The notes beneath the pieces are model-generated. The model was not told the origin of the DNA and searched no databases. It saw nothing but the letters and a program-made list of their open reading frames with translations. This document shows positions 12,300-25,632 of a DNA stretch of 51,474 nt, piece by piece. This DNA comes from Basidiobolus meristosporus CBS 931.73. Lineage: Eukaryota > Fungi > Basidiobolomycota. Every line of letters begins with the position of its first letter. Position 1 is the stretch's first letter. Where the stretch lies: contig MCFE01000629.1 in assembly GCA_002104905.1 (NCBI GenBank), positions 1-51,474 on the forward strand. Reading direction: 5' to 3'. The position numbers and the translations under genes are program-made.

Positions 12300-13750
12300 C
12301 CATTCAAAATCTCTTCTGTTCCCAAACCTAAGGCACAAACTGATGCATCCAGCCTTTACTATGCAAATTGAGCACGGAGTTGTTTATGCGCAGCTTCCTT
12401 ATCAAATCCCCTCACACTCAGGTCAAACTTAATTACAATACTTGCATTGTTATATAGCTTCTTATATATATATGCTGGCCTCTTGATGTTAAACTCATGC
12501 TACAGCTTTCTACTAAGATTCTCCCACCTCTGTTGGCTTTCTGAGGTATCCAGTTGTGCTAGATTAATGAGTAGTACCTATATATCTGTATGAAGGCGCA
12601 TCATAGGCACTTGGGCCATACTAAAATTATTTGGCAAGAATGCAAACAGATCCAACATTGACTTTGCCAGTCAAGACCATGATTGTGAGCTGGTGGATAA
12701 GTTTTGTCTGGGTTGTGGCAAAGATGAGTTGAGACTTGGTATAGGGACCAAAGTGACAGATTTGGATATTTATACAGTAGTATATTTGCATCAACCTGGT
12801 CTTGTATGAGATAAATATTAAAACTAGTGTGTTTGTGGAATATTCCATATATTATGCATGATGCATCTTGGATTGTGTTGATATGGATCCAATCTCATCA
12901 GTTGCAGATTTCCTGTTTTATTTTTGACTTGTGAGCAAATCATCAATGAAGTTGCCAAGCTATTGTCTCAGGATGATTTATGTGGCATAATCACAGGATA
13001 CATGGCATATCTGATCTGTAAAGCTTATCATGCCAATTCAATTTTGTAACCTCCATTTAATAATGTATTAATTTTTTCATGACTTACTTATCTGAATGGT
13101 CATGTCTCATCAATCCCATTGCTACAACTGGTTTACCTTTTGACATATTAGAGGAGATCTATACTAAGTGCTGTGGACCATCTACCACAATCTACTGAAG
13201 AAGATCCCTTGCTAAACTTCTCTGCTATTACAAGTACTATTCCTTATCCCAGAATACACAGCAACAGGCTCCAAATCAGGAATATTCTGTATACTTTTGT
13301 AGTTAGGATTTGAAGACCTTTCAAAGGGCAGAGGCAGCTTTGTTCTGGCAAATGCAATGCACACTATGTGAAGTTTTAAGCACTGTCTGACATTGAGGGT
13401 CACATTCTCTGACTTGATTGGCCATTTGCTGGAGGTAGGCATGACAAAGTGCTCCAGGTAGAAAATTGTCCAGAATTTAGTAGAGTGAAATATATACGGC
13501 AGACTTAGTCTTCAAAGGAGAGGATTGGCAGCAATCAGGATGTATTACAGTTCATGGGAAGACATGGGATGGAGTGCTTGGCAGGAAGCAGAAGCCTTGC
13601 CATGAAATATAAAATCATTACACAGAGCAAATTAAGCATACATTTGGATATCTAAAGATACTCAGCTTATTTGCAGGTGAATCAGAGGAAAGTCATATAA
13701 GGGAGAAATCAGCTTAATAGGTGAAATGGGTAAGATACCTAATAATGCAC
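12300..13750 (-). pseudogene. Probable DIRS-like retroelement relic (RT, RNase H, methyltransferase-like order)
   Basis: Heavily decayed minus-strand frames: SLDIQMYA, FYISWQGFCFLPSTPSHVF, Y*ILDNFL (RT-like), then LDLFA and N..NWIPQ (DIRS MT-like); homologous DNA at 32,110-32,900 and 34,270-35,196. Confidence 0.4.
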
Positions 13751-13908
13751 AGTATATTTATACAAGAGGATATCCACCATGAGAGAATTGTGTGGCTCAT
13801 TATGAAAAGTAAATAAAGCAGGAGTAGCGCTGTTGAGAGCAACAAAAGTAAGGATAAGTAAGAATACCAGTAACTGTCTCCTATTACTGGCATAATGGTA
13901 GAAGTTAA

Positions 13909-13995
13909 AGTGCCAGATAGTACCATAGAGTGCTGGTTTGATCAGGCACAATAAGCAGGCTGGCTCTATGTAGCACTATTCAATGGAACAAGTCT
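13909..13995. mobile_element. Older or deleted relative of the MITE right arm
   Basis: AGTGCCAGATAGTACCA (inner end of arm), then ATGTAGCACTATTCAATGGAACAAGTCT (outer end), followed by ATT. Confidence 0.6.
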
Positions 13996-16900
13996 ATTAT
14001 CTGCCTATAGCTAGGATCAAGTTGGCCCATTTACCAAACATCATTTATCAGCCCTGACGCTCACACAGAATGCTCCTGAATAATGAGAGGCTGTCCTAAC
14101 TCAGTGTCATAAAAGTATTACCTCTACAAAGGTACAAATACTGAGTTTTTTGATGAATAAGCATCTGAACAACTACTATTAGTGTTATTTGTTTAGTTCT
14201 TGCAATCCAAAACAGTTCTTAAGTTGCAACAGGTTATGAGCCTTTATTGCATTTATATATTACAGATATGACTTCTATGCATAATCAGAGCAACAGGGGC
14301 ATCTTCCCTGTAAAGGAGAAGCTGGAAAGGACACACTACCAACTTTGTTGAATCATGATGCTGATCCACCTTGAGCATAGAAAGCTTTGAAATATAATAG
14401 CAGAAAGGGAAGTCAAGCACAAAAACCTGCAGAAAAGCCTGTAACATTCAAGAGAAGGAGAGAAAGCCTTTAATACCACATGTATCAATGTGCAAGATTC
14501 CCTAATTGGTCAAATGCATGCCTCAAATACTGCCAACACAGCATTGGAATCCTTAGAGCAGACATATGGGGCAATGCAAATATCAAGCAAGCTTTTTTGA
14601 AACAAATATTTTTTGACAAGCAAAAGAAGTCAGAGAATAACTAGCTACATCTAATTACCAGAATGGAGTCACTTGTCAAAGAACTTCATAACAACCATGC
14701 TGGTCTAAATGTTGAAGAAGGGATATTTCTTATATATTTCAGCTACCCAACAACTATGAGCCACTCATATTTTATTCCAAAATAGAGGTGACTAGTTGAC
14801 TCCTGACTTTATCAAAGGAAGACTTGTTATGAAGAACTCAGAAGTAATTACCAAGCAGAGTGATTTAGATTTCAATACTTTATCCAGCCCAGAAAGGCAC
14901 ACAGAAAAGAAGGGAAAGTAACAGAACCAAAGAAAATTGGCTTCTATAGCTACTGTTAGAAGCCAGGGCAGCAGGTAAGAGAATTCCAACATAAACAAGC
15001 AGACAAAAATTAAGAACCAGCGCAGGCAAACCATACATCTACAGATGAACAGTGGCTGGTATGCCATTGCAGCAATTACTGGTCATGACCCTGTAGCATT
15101 GCAACATATTTGTGGTGCTAAGAAGTGGTTCTGCAGCTTAAAAACTAAAGCCTTGACAGAGGTATATTTGTAAGTGAGCTCTGAGTTGGAAGCTACTACC
15201 AGTAGATCTGTTCAGTTAATATGAGTGATAACTTGGGGGCAAATACAGCATAACTGACTGATATACTCTGTGTGCCAAGAATAGCCAAGAACCTACTCTG
15301 AGTGAGTGGAGCAACCACTCAGTGACTGCAATCTATTTCTACCATGCCCAGCTGCTTAATCTTGAGTGAAAGTGAGCGAAATTGGCTTCTGAAATCATAG
15401 ACTACAAATATGCAAGTTACAATAAAAGATCCTTGTACTGGAGTTTGTTAACATTGCTGAAACTGATGGAACTGACTGGGAGACATGGCATGGAGGCAAG
15501 TACACCTTGGGTAGCCAAAAATGAGTCAGTTAGGACAAATTTACTTGCTTTAGTCCCCATTACTTATTTCCGCACATATTGACTGTCTTCAGTGGATGTT
15601 CACATAGCAAGTAAGCAAGGCAATAATTTTATGGCTGTATATGTTGCCACCACAGTAAACACTCTAACCAATTGCCCAACCGCAGCAACAGGCATCTCTA
15701 CAACATTTGAAACCTACATAGGCAAAAAGGCAGGCCTCCAGCCTCACAAAACCTTTGGAGGTGAGGCTTTGTATCACATCCTTGCCCCAAAATGCTCAAA
15801 GCTGAAACCAAGGAATACAAAGGGGCTCTTTATTGCATACATACAGATACAGAAGTGTTTATAGTGTATGATGATAGAGGTCAAAAGCTGATCAAGAGCA
15901 GGTACATTATATGTGAGGAAGATTCAAACCAGAAGGCCACTGAAATCATTGAACCACTGCCTCATGATGTAATTACCGCTAATGAAAAAGATATATACCT
16001 AATGCCCCCAGATATAAAAAAATATTCTGCCAGTTTCACATCAGAACAGATTATTCCAGTCAAAAGATTCACCAGAATAAGAAATGCCCATGAATCTTGG
16101 TAGCAGTCAGCCATTAACAATAAGGCAGCTCACTTTGCCTTTGGAGCCAAAGCTCAGAATCAGCTTCACACAATGCAAAGTCCAGAGGTAACTTTGTCCT
16201 AGTATGCCATGGAGGAGGAGTACCAATTATTACACATGGCGGAAACATGGCAATTGGTGAATCCATCAAATGGGAGAAAGCCAATAATATGTAGATGGGT
16301 CTACAAGATCAAAATTCCCTTAATTATGCCATTGGTAAGTATAAAGCTTGATTGGTAGGTGAAGCATAATCCCTGATACTAGGAATAGACCTTAAGGAAG
16401 CATTTGTACAAGTAGGCAAATTGAACTCCCTTAGGATAGTTCCAGCCCTGGCAGCAGTATGCAATCTGAAATAGCACAAAAGGTACAACAAAGCAACCAC
16501 TCTCACTAGGCATCTGGAAATGGTACTGTTATTAGTCAACTATAAGGTTCTTCCAATGCATAATACCCTTATAAGGCTTGCAGACTCTGAATGCAGCTGT
16601 ATAGGCTTAAGCAGGCAACATGGGTATAGTTAATAAGACTGACACATATCTAGAGGAGATTAGGCTTGTTTATAGCATAGCAGAGCATAGTCAATATATG
16701 AAATAGCTAAAAAGGTAGTGTCTGCCCAAATACCCTATATTGCCAACTTGATAATAGCTACAAGTGGTCAGAAGAACCCTTCACCAACAAAATTAGACCT
16801 TTTTTGCAAGTCTAAGCCAAGTGATCCTGGAAAATTCATCTCATTCTTGGACTTTAAATCAAATCTTTCATAGGTGCACAGAAAATTGTGCTCAATCAGT

Positions 16901-17190
16901 TCAAGCACATTAGGGACATTTTTAGATACTTCAAAGTGGAGGATTGACCCAGCAGCAACCTACATGCATAATGTTTCAATCCACCTCATGAATATCAAAG
17001 TTCAATCAGTTTTTGCCAAATTTATTGGCTCTAAGTTTAACTTATCAGTATACCAGTATTACCTAATAAGCAGTGGTATTAGTCAGCAGATGATTTAGCG
17101 GATTCTTGCCAGACAGAAATAGTATATAAAGTAGGATATGATTGGTAAACAATGAAGCAATCCATTGAGTCTTCAGCCACAACCTACATA
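13996..17190 (+). mobile_element. Decayed Ty1/copia element (partial 5' LTR, PBS, gag, integrase, RT)
   Basis: LTR ends TTGCAACA at 14,231; PBS GGTTATGAGCC; integrase tail KLKPRNTK...YD...KLIKSR; aligns with the minus-strand copia at 17,384-22,720. Confidence 0.8.
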
Positions 17191-17383
17191 AAGAAATATA
17201 ATTGGTCAGCAATTGATCTGGCAACATGTATATAGGGAGCTGCTGAAACTTCAATAATAGTCAGTTCAGATTTTAGTGAAAATAATACAAACTAACCCCC
17301 TATTCCTCTACAACTCTTATATCAAGACTTGTAACATTGGTAGCAGCAATGACAAGAACCTCACCACTGTAGAAAGAAGAAAC

Positions 17384-20300
17384 TGTTGGAATTTAAGTAG
17401 TGACTTGGATATCAGAACTTATCAAGAAATATTGATAATAGTTGGACTATAGTTCATTAATAAAGAAGCTCAGTATTTGTACCTGTGTAGAAGTAATACA
17501 GCTGTAACACTAAGTAAGGAGGGCTTCTCAGTATTCAGGAGCATTCTGTAACAGTTTCAGGGTTAGTACCTAATGTTTAGTAATGGTGCTAATTTGATCC
17601 TGACTATAGGGAAATAATCATAAGATCATAGATCTGAAGAGAGTGGCAAAGTTAGAGCTGTAAACTAGTCCCACAGTGACCAAGACTAGTCTAGAGTTGT
17701 TAAGTAAATTTTTAGCTGCTGAATGATACCAAATAGTCCAATATTTCAAGACTCCCCCACAACCAGCATACAGAATTATATATCCTGTGGTAGAGCATAT
17801 GTCAATCAGATCCCTACCCCAATCTCAATCACTATAACCATCAAATTTTTTCCTATTAGTAGCTTCAGAGTATTCCAGTACCATATTTATGGTACCTTAT
17901 AGAAATCTGAAAATCTGCTCAACTGCTGCAATTTGATCTGATTCATAATTCTGCATGAATTTACTGACTATTCCAGCTGCCACTGCAATATGTGGATGTG
18001 TAGACACCATGAGGTACATTAGGCTACCAACCATTGATTAATAGGGAAAGCTTTGGTCAATATTTGAGCCATTTTCATCTATACCTGGCTGAGATTTACA
18101 TGGTTTTAGGTTATTGCCGATAGGGGTAGCTGCGGGTGTGCACTTCTCCATCTTGAAGCGTCTAAGAGTGTCTCTGATGTACTTGGACTGATTCAGCACA
18201 ATTTTCTGCGTAGGTATGTCAAATTTGACCTCAATTCCAAGAAAGTGGCTCAATTTTCCAAGAGTTTTCATCTCAAACTTGCTGAAGTGATTTAATATTG
18301 TCTGTTTAAGTGCCTCTTGATCACTTGCGGCTATAATTGGGTCATCCACATAAAGAACTAGGATGATCACACCTTTTTTGAGCTGTTTCACATGTATACT
18401 GTGATCTGCAGTGCTGCAAAAGAACCCAATTTTCTCTAGATATGTGTCAATCTTGTTATACCATGCTTTAGATGCCTAATTAAGCCCATACAACAATTTG
18501 CTAAGTTTGTACACCTTATGGGGTTCTTTTGGATTGGTAAAGCCTTTGGGTTGCTTTATATATATAGTGTCTTGCAAATCCCCATTTAGAAAGGCTGCTT
18601 TGATGTTCATTTAGTGTAGATCTAGACTGTGTACAGCTACCAGGGTTAGAACTGTCCTAATGGAGTTAAACTTGGCAACCAGAGCAAATGTTTCCTTAAA
18701 GTCTAGTCCCTGGATCTGGGAATAGCCTTTAGCCACCAGTCTAGCCTTGTACTTATTGACAACACCATTTGAGGTTATCTTGATCTTGCAGACCCATCTA
18801 CATCCTATTGGCTTTCTCCCATTTGGTAAATCTACCAGTTTGCATGTTTTTGCCTTGATCTGTGATTGGTACTCCTTCTGCATGGCTTGTTGCCACATAG
18901 TAGCATCTGGACTTTGCATTGCCTGTTCCAGATTCTGAGGTTTGGCACATAAGGCAAAATAAGCTTCTTCATGATCATTGGATATCTGTTACCAGGATCC
19001 AGGCACATTTTTTATTCTGGTAGATCTTCTAACTGGGATAATCTGCTCTGATCTGGAATTGGTAGAATTATCATCTGTATCTGGCTGAATTAGGCATGTA
19101 TCTTCTTCATTAGTGTTGATTGCATGATCATTTAGCTGGCCAATAATTTCAGTGGCTTTGTGATCTGAATTCTCCTCAAATACAGCATCCCTGCTCTTGA
19201 TCAGCTTCTGAATTTTGCCATCATACACTCTATACCCTTTAGTATCATCACAATACCCAAGAATGATCCCTTTCCTACTCTTTGGTTCCAACTTTGAGAG
19301 TTTTTTGCCAGGGATGTGATAAAAAACATCACTGCCAAAGATCTTGAGGTGCTGAAAATGTGGTTTTTTGCCTGTATATGCTTCAAAGGGTTTAGAATCA
19401 TGTAGTGCTGTTGTTGGGCATCTATTCTTGATGAATACTGCAGTAGCAATAGATTCAGCCCAAAACCTGTAGTCCATTCCCTTATGATGTAGCTTAGATA
19501 TTCCCATCTCTATTATTGATCTATTTGCACATTATGCAACTCCATTTTGCTTTGCAGTGTGAGGAACTGTGGTCTGTTGAAGTATACCAGTAGATGAGCA
19601 GTATTTTGCCAACTCTTTTGAACTGTTTTCTCCTCCATTGTTGCTTTGTAGTACCTCTAATTTACACCTGGTTTGTGTTTCTGCCATGATCTTAAAGTGC
19701 TTAAACATCTCTAAAGCTTCATCCTTTGTTTTGAGGAAGTACACCCATCTATATCTTGTTTTGTCATCAATAAACATCATAAAGTATCTCTTGCCTCCAA
19801 AGGACAGTGTTCTCAGGGGGCCACATATGTCTGAGTGTACAATAGCCAGTATTTTGGTGGTATTGATGTCTTCTGAGCTCTTAAAGCATTGCATAGCTTG
19901 TTTGCTGTATGAATATCCCTTACAAACATTCAATTTGATTGGAATTGAGTATTTTAGGCCCAAAACAAGCTGATTTTTCACCAATTAGCTCATTTTCTGT
20001 TCCCCAATATGTCCAAGCCTCCTATGCCACATCCCCAGTTGGTTTTATCAGTTTTAGCAATGTTGACATACTCTGGTACAACAATCTTGCATTGTAACTT
20101 GTATACATTGTGACTTCTGATACCCAAAGCTAATTTTTGTCCATTTTCACTCAATATTGAGCAGCTCATCTTAGTAAATATGAGTTTCAGTCCCTGAGCA
20201 GTTGCTTTACTGACTGAGAGTAGGTTTTTAGCTATTTCAGGTACATTGAGTATGCCAGTCAGTCTTGCTGTTGTTGCCCCTGAGCAATTGCTCATGTTCA

Positions 20301-22720
20301 GTTGTATAGACCCACTGGCAATGTAGTGGGGTCACAGTGACACCCACTGACAGATGTGCTCATTCCCATGTTTTCTACTTCCCTATATCTCTACTACAAT
20401 TATTTTAGTTTTATCCCATTTGTCTTATCTTATCAGTACTATCACAAAAGCTGGTTGACTACGACACCTGCTTACCTTATTGCATAAGTTACCCCTCACT
20501 TTATGTAAGATTACCAGCTGTAAGTGCTACTATAATGGGCAGGTATCTGCGCCAGTACCCATGACATATGATCAATGTGTGCTACCATCCCTACCATTTT
20601 CATATCTTATATGGTATCCTTATGTTAGACAGGTCTCATAATACTGATTCTTGATTAGTTGGATGTGCTCTGCCTCTTAGAACCATCAGGCATCTACTTA
20701 GAATACTCTTAGGTCATTGTGATGTCATTAAGATTTCTATTAATCTCCGGAAACTTCTAGAACACCATGATTAGTAGTCACTTAGCCGGTGAGAAATGTA
20801 TATAAGGGAGGCTATCCCTCAACAATAAATCATCATCCATTTTATCAATATACCAGCTTGTTCATTAGTGTGATCACTGCTGCCTGCTGCTACCTGAACT
20901 TTGAACCCCAGACCACAGGACACTCACAGGAACCCAGCTGACAGCCAACTGACCTTGGAGGCACTATTTGTGAGGAATACTCAGAGTAGGTATCTTTTAT
21001 TATATTTGATTCTTTGCCAAGTTTGTTCTTGTACAGGCAGAGATACTTTTCTGTCTTTGTAACTATTGACCACAGCTGCATTCTTATCAAGTCCCTGCTG
21101 GCAGAGTTTACAGTTGTTTTGACTTTGGAAGCTTTGGTACATTGTCATCTCAAAGGATGCTGAGCACAGCACATGCTTTTGTTAAGATGCCAACTAAGTT
21201 GGGGATTGTAGCTCAATAGTTTTCCCTTGACAAGCTTATGGCTTTATTCCCCATCACATTAGATTAGAGACAGATCCCAGTATTCCTAGCAAGCTTTTGC
21301 CAGTAGTTATTGCACCCAGTGAACACCCCATACACAAAACACTTGAGAAGTGTTCAACATATCTCTCCCTTGGACTTATACACCACCCCAGTGGTAGCTT
21401 CCAGGGCAGAGTTATTGCCCAGATAAACCTTTCTTATGGGAATAGTCTTTCAGTTGCTGAACCAATCTGTTATACCACAAATATGCTGTGAAGCTCCCAA
21501 GTCAGTATACCATTCATTACTTTGGATACTTGCACTCTCTTGTACAATTACAAATAACTGTTCATCAATGGTTGTATGGTTTGCCTGCTACAGTTTCTGT
21601 TATTTGTTTGCTTGTTTCTTCTTACAGTAGTTGCAGCAACCAGGCTTTCTTTGGTTTTGTTGCTTTCCCTACTTTTCTGAGTGCCTTTCGAACTGAATAA
21701 AGCATTATCTTCATTTTTTGCTGCTTGATCATTACATCTGAGTTCTTCATGTAGAAGTCTTCCTTTGACATAGTGTAGAGTCAAATTGTCTTCTCTGCTT
21801 TCAAAAGAAAGTATGAGTGTCTCATACTTGTCTGGTAGGCTGCAAAGCAGACAGAATATCTTTTCTTCATCATCTACACCAGCATTTATACTGTAAAGTT
21901 CTTCTGCAAGTGTCTCCATTCTGGCAATGAGTTTTAGCATGTCATCATCTGGCTCCTTCCTCATGTTGAAGAGCTTTTGTTTTAAATAAATCTTGCTTGA
22001 TATTGAGTTTGCTCTAAAGATCTTCTCCAAGGATTCCCATGCTGCTTTGGCAGTATTTGAGGAATGGATTTGTCCAATGAAGGTATCTTGCACATTGATA
22101 CATATGGCATTAAAGGCCTTTCTCCCCTTTGCTTGAAACTTCTCCACTTCTTCTGCTGTTCCTTTGGGCTCAATTTCCTTTCCTGTTACTATATTCAAAA
22201 GCTTCCTTTCCTCAAGGTGGATCTGCACCTTGATTCTCCAAAGTCTGTAGTTCTTCCCATCAAACCTCTCCTTTAAAGGGAGATGTTTGTGTTGTTTTGT
22301 TTGCTGGTAGAAGTCATCTTTAGAATAGATTAATGCAATTGGGGCTCACAACCTGTTGCAATTTAAGTAGTAATTTGGATATAAGGAACCTATCAGGAAA
22401 TAGTGATAATTGTTGAACTGTTGTTTATTAATAAAGAAGCTCAGTATTTGTACCTGTGTAGAAGTAATACAGCTGTAACACTAAGTAAGGAGAGTTTCTC
22501 AATATTCAGGAGCATTCTGTAACAGTTTCAGGGTTAGTACATAATGTTAGTAATAGTGCTTATTTGACCTGACTATAGGGAAATAGTCATAAGATCATAG
22601 ATCTGAAGAGAGTGGCAAAGTTAGAGCTGTAAATTTGGCCCTCATTGACCAAGACTAGTCCAGAATTGCTCAGTGAATTCTTAGCTGCTGAATGATGCCC
22701 AATAGCCCAATATTTCCACA
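17384..22720 (-). mobile_element. Full-length but decayed Ty1/copia element
   Basis: LTRs 17,384-17,751 and 22,354-22,720; 5-bp TSD GAAAC on both sides; PBS GGTTGTGAGCCCC; PPT GTGGGGGAG; gag, integrase (HSDICGP...FIDDKTRY), RT (YKARLVAKGYSQ, LYVDD) in copia order. Confidence 0.92.
20322..21390 (+). mobile_element. Solo LTR inserted in the copia protease region
   Basis: TGTAGTGGGG...CACCACCCCA; collinear with 613-1,530; flanks GCAA and GTGG, and removing 4 bp restores the host frame (LEAT/I-T/A-SGSIQL). Confidence 0.85.
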
Positions 22721-22926
22721 GAAACCTCCCTCAAGAAGTCAGAAAATCAAGAATAGAAGTATGCTATGCAGCAAATCCTGGCCCAACAGCATTAGTTACT
22801 CCAGATCCTTAGCTAGCAGCAACAAGGAGTGACTACCATAGCCCAGAGCCAGCAAAACCCTGTCAAGAGCAGGTTTGGTGTGAGGGTCAACCAGTACCAG
22901 GATAGAGTTAATGAGAGCCTGGGAAC

Positions 22927-23198
22927 TGTTTAAATATTGGACTACTTGGTATCATTCAGCAGCTAAAAGCTTACTTAGCAATTCTGGACTAGTCTATGTA
23001 GCACTATCCTACAGAACAAGTCTATTGCATAATAACTATGAAACTGTTGCAGCATGCTCCTGAATGTTGAGAGACCCTCCTTAATTGTTGCTACAGATGT
23101 ATTACTTCTATAAAGGTATAAATACTGAGCTTTTTTACAAATAAAGAACAGTTCAACTATACACTCCTTATATTCAAATTGCTTCTTTAATTGCAACC
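22927..23198 (+). mobile_element. Solo copia LTR, internally deleted, in gypsy gag
   Basis: Reverse complement of the 22,354-22,720 LTR; flanks GGAAC and GTAAC; host reads ESLGT|WLFQIE. Confidence 0.8.
22996..23023. mobile_element. MITE right-end remnant inside the solo LTR
   Basis: ATGTAGCACTATCCTACAGAACAAGTCT versus MITE end ATGTGGCACTATCCAACAGAACAAGTCT; followed by ATT. Confidence 0.6.
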
Positions 23199-25632
23199 GT
23201 AACTTGGCTGTTCCAGATTGAAAAAGCTCTCAAGACCAAGGGAATTGCTCAAGAAAGCAGGTTGCACTATGCAACTTCTTGCAAAGCAGATGCAGCCTTA
23301 CAGCAGTACCACAACAAGATCAGTTCAGCCACCATAATGGGATGCTCTGCATTCTTTACCTGGGATGAGTTTGTGTAGGAAATTCAGGAGGCTTTTGAAT
23401 TGCACACTAGCAAACACTACAAAGAAGGAAGTTGGAGACAATCAGATATAAACAAATGGCTCAACAGTACACTTATGATTATGGATGTCTGCTTGCACAA
23501 ATTGAAAGAATGGACCCCTTGGATCAAGTAAAACACTTTATTGATGGGTTGAAAGAAAGAACTTGCAAGGAAGTGAATTATCAAAGACCCCAGACTATTG
23601 AAGCAGCCATCAAGATTGCCATTGACTATGACTCAGCTATGCTTGGAGTTAGGAAGCCCACAATGTAGAAACAGAGAGGCTATAATCACTATTTAAGGGG
23701 ACAATTAGATGCAGTGCCAATCAAATCAGATGCTAGGTAAGAGAATCTCACCTCAGAGGAGTGTAAGCAAAAAGGACCCTGCTTTAATTGCCGCAAGCAA
23801 GGTCATATTTCAAAGTACTACCAGCAGAGAAGAAATGGACACCAGTCAACAAGAACCTTTAACCATATTGAAGTCTTTGAGCATAATAACATGGATGATG
23901 AACTTGAAGAAGACTCAAAATTCACCTTCTATATGACAGAAAAATACATAACCCAGATGACTTCAAACTCAGGAAAGCTGTTATATTTGAATCAAGTAGC
24001 TAATGGACTACCTGCCAAGATCATGCTTGACTCAAAACCATCACATGAGTGCATGTCAGAGCAGTTTGCCTTGAAAGCTGTATTCAGCTTGGAACCCACC
24101 AAATCAATTTCAGTCTCAACAGCTGATTGGAACTCTCATATAATCAACCATACTACTCAGCCTGCAGGTATGAAAATAAATGACTATATAGTAGACCTAC
24201 ATGCCTCTATATATATGAACTGCAAGTTTTATCTTGTACTTGGAAAACCTGGCTATTTTGTTGTAATCCATGAATTAACTGGAGAACCCATGCTACTCAG
24301 ATCAAGCAAAGCAATAATACCTATCAGTTATTATCCACTAGACTGGATTTCTGCTTAGTCAATCACAGAATGTGGGAAACAAGAAAACTTAGCAAGGCAC
24401 AGTCTTGTAGGCACTTAAATAAGGTACCCCTATATTCCACATGACAGTATTACAGCAGGATTCTTCTACTTCAGTAGCCCAGAAAGTCCCAACTCTTTTG
24501 ACAGAATATTCATATATGTTGTCAGATGAACCTGTAAGCATACCACCAGTCAGAGATGTTGATCATGCAATTGACCCAGGAGATAATCCTCCAGTGAGTT
24601 AGACACCTTACACAATGAGTCCATTGGCGTTAGAAGAGCTGAAGAGATAAATATATCAATTATTTGATCAAGGATATATCAGGCCCAGCAAGTTGCGTTG
24701 GGGAGTGCCAGTGCTTTTTGTGAAAGAGAAGGTTGGAGCACACAAGATGTTTATTGACTACAGAGCCGTCAACTCAGTCATTGTGAAGAATAAGTACCCC
24801 ATACTTTGGATTGATGACCTTTTGGACCTCCTCAATGAAGCCACTATATTCAGCAAGATTGACCTCATGTCAGGATACAACCAGATTAGGGTGAAGCCAG
24901 AAGACATCCCTAAGACAGCATTCAGGACCAGTTATGGACATTACAAGTACTTAGTCATGAGTTTTAGACTCACCACTGCCCCTGCAACATTCATGACCCT
25001 GATGCAGACTGTCTTCCAGGAGTACTTAGACAGGCTTGTGGTAAGCTACCTTGACAACATATTGCTCTACAGAAAGACAGAAGAGGAACACTTGGTGCCC
25101 ATTGAAATGGTGCTGAAGAAGCTAAGAGAGAATAAACCTCATGGCAAGCTGCAAAGTGTGATTTCTTGATGGAACATATGGAATACATAGGATACATAGT
25201 GACTAGCACTGGTGCGGCCTTAGACCCCTAGAAGGCTGAAGTCATCAAGAATCTGAAGCAGCCCCATAGCAAAGCCAAATTCAGATTATTCCTTCAAATG
25301 GTTTCCTATTATTGGAGATTTGTTAAGTCCTTTACAAGTATTGCAGCACCTTTAGCCAAAATTCTCAAGAGAGACAAACCTTGCAATGTGACATAGCCTG
25401 TGTGACTGCCTTTCAAATGCTCAAGAATTAACTTGCTTAGCTACCCAGCTTAATAATCTTGGACTTCAGAAAAGAGTTACTCTGGGCACAAATGTTTTAG
25501 ATGATTCAATTGGTGGGGCACAGAGCCAAGAACCTGAGGAAAAGGACTACCCAGTTGCTTTTGAATCCAAGGTATTGAACTCAGGAGAACAAGACTATTC
25601 AGTGCATGAGAAGGAGGTGCTTGCCATAATAC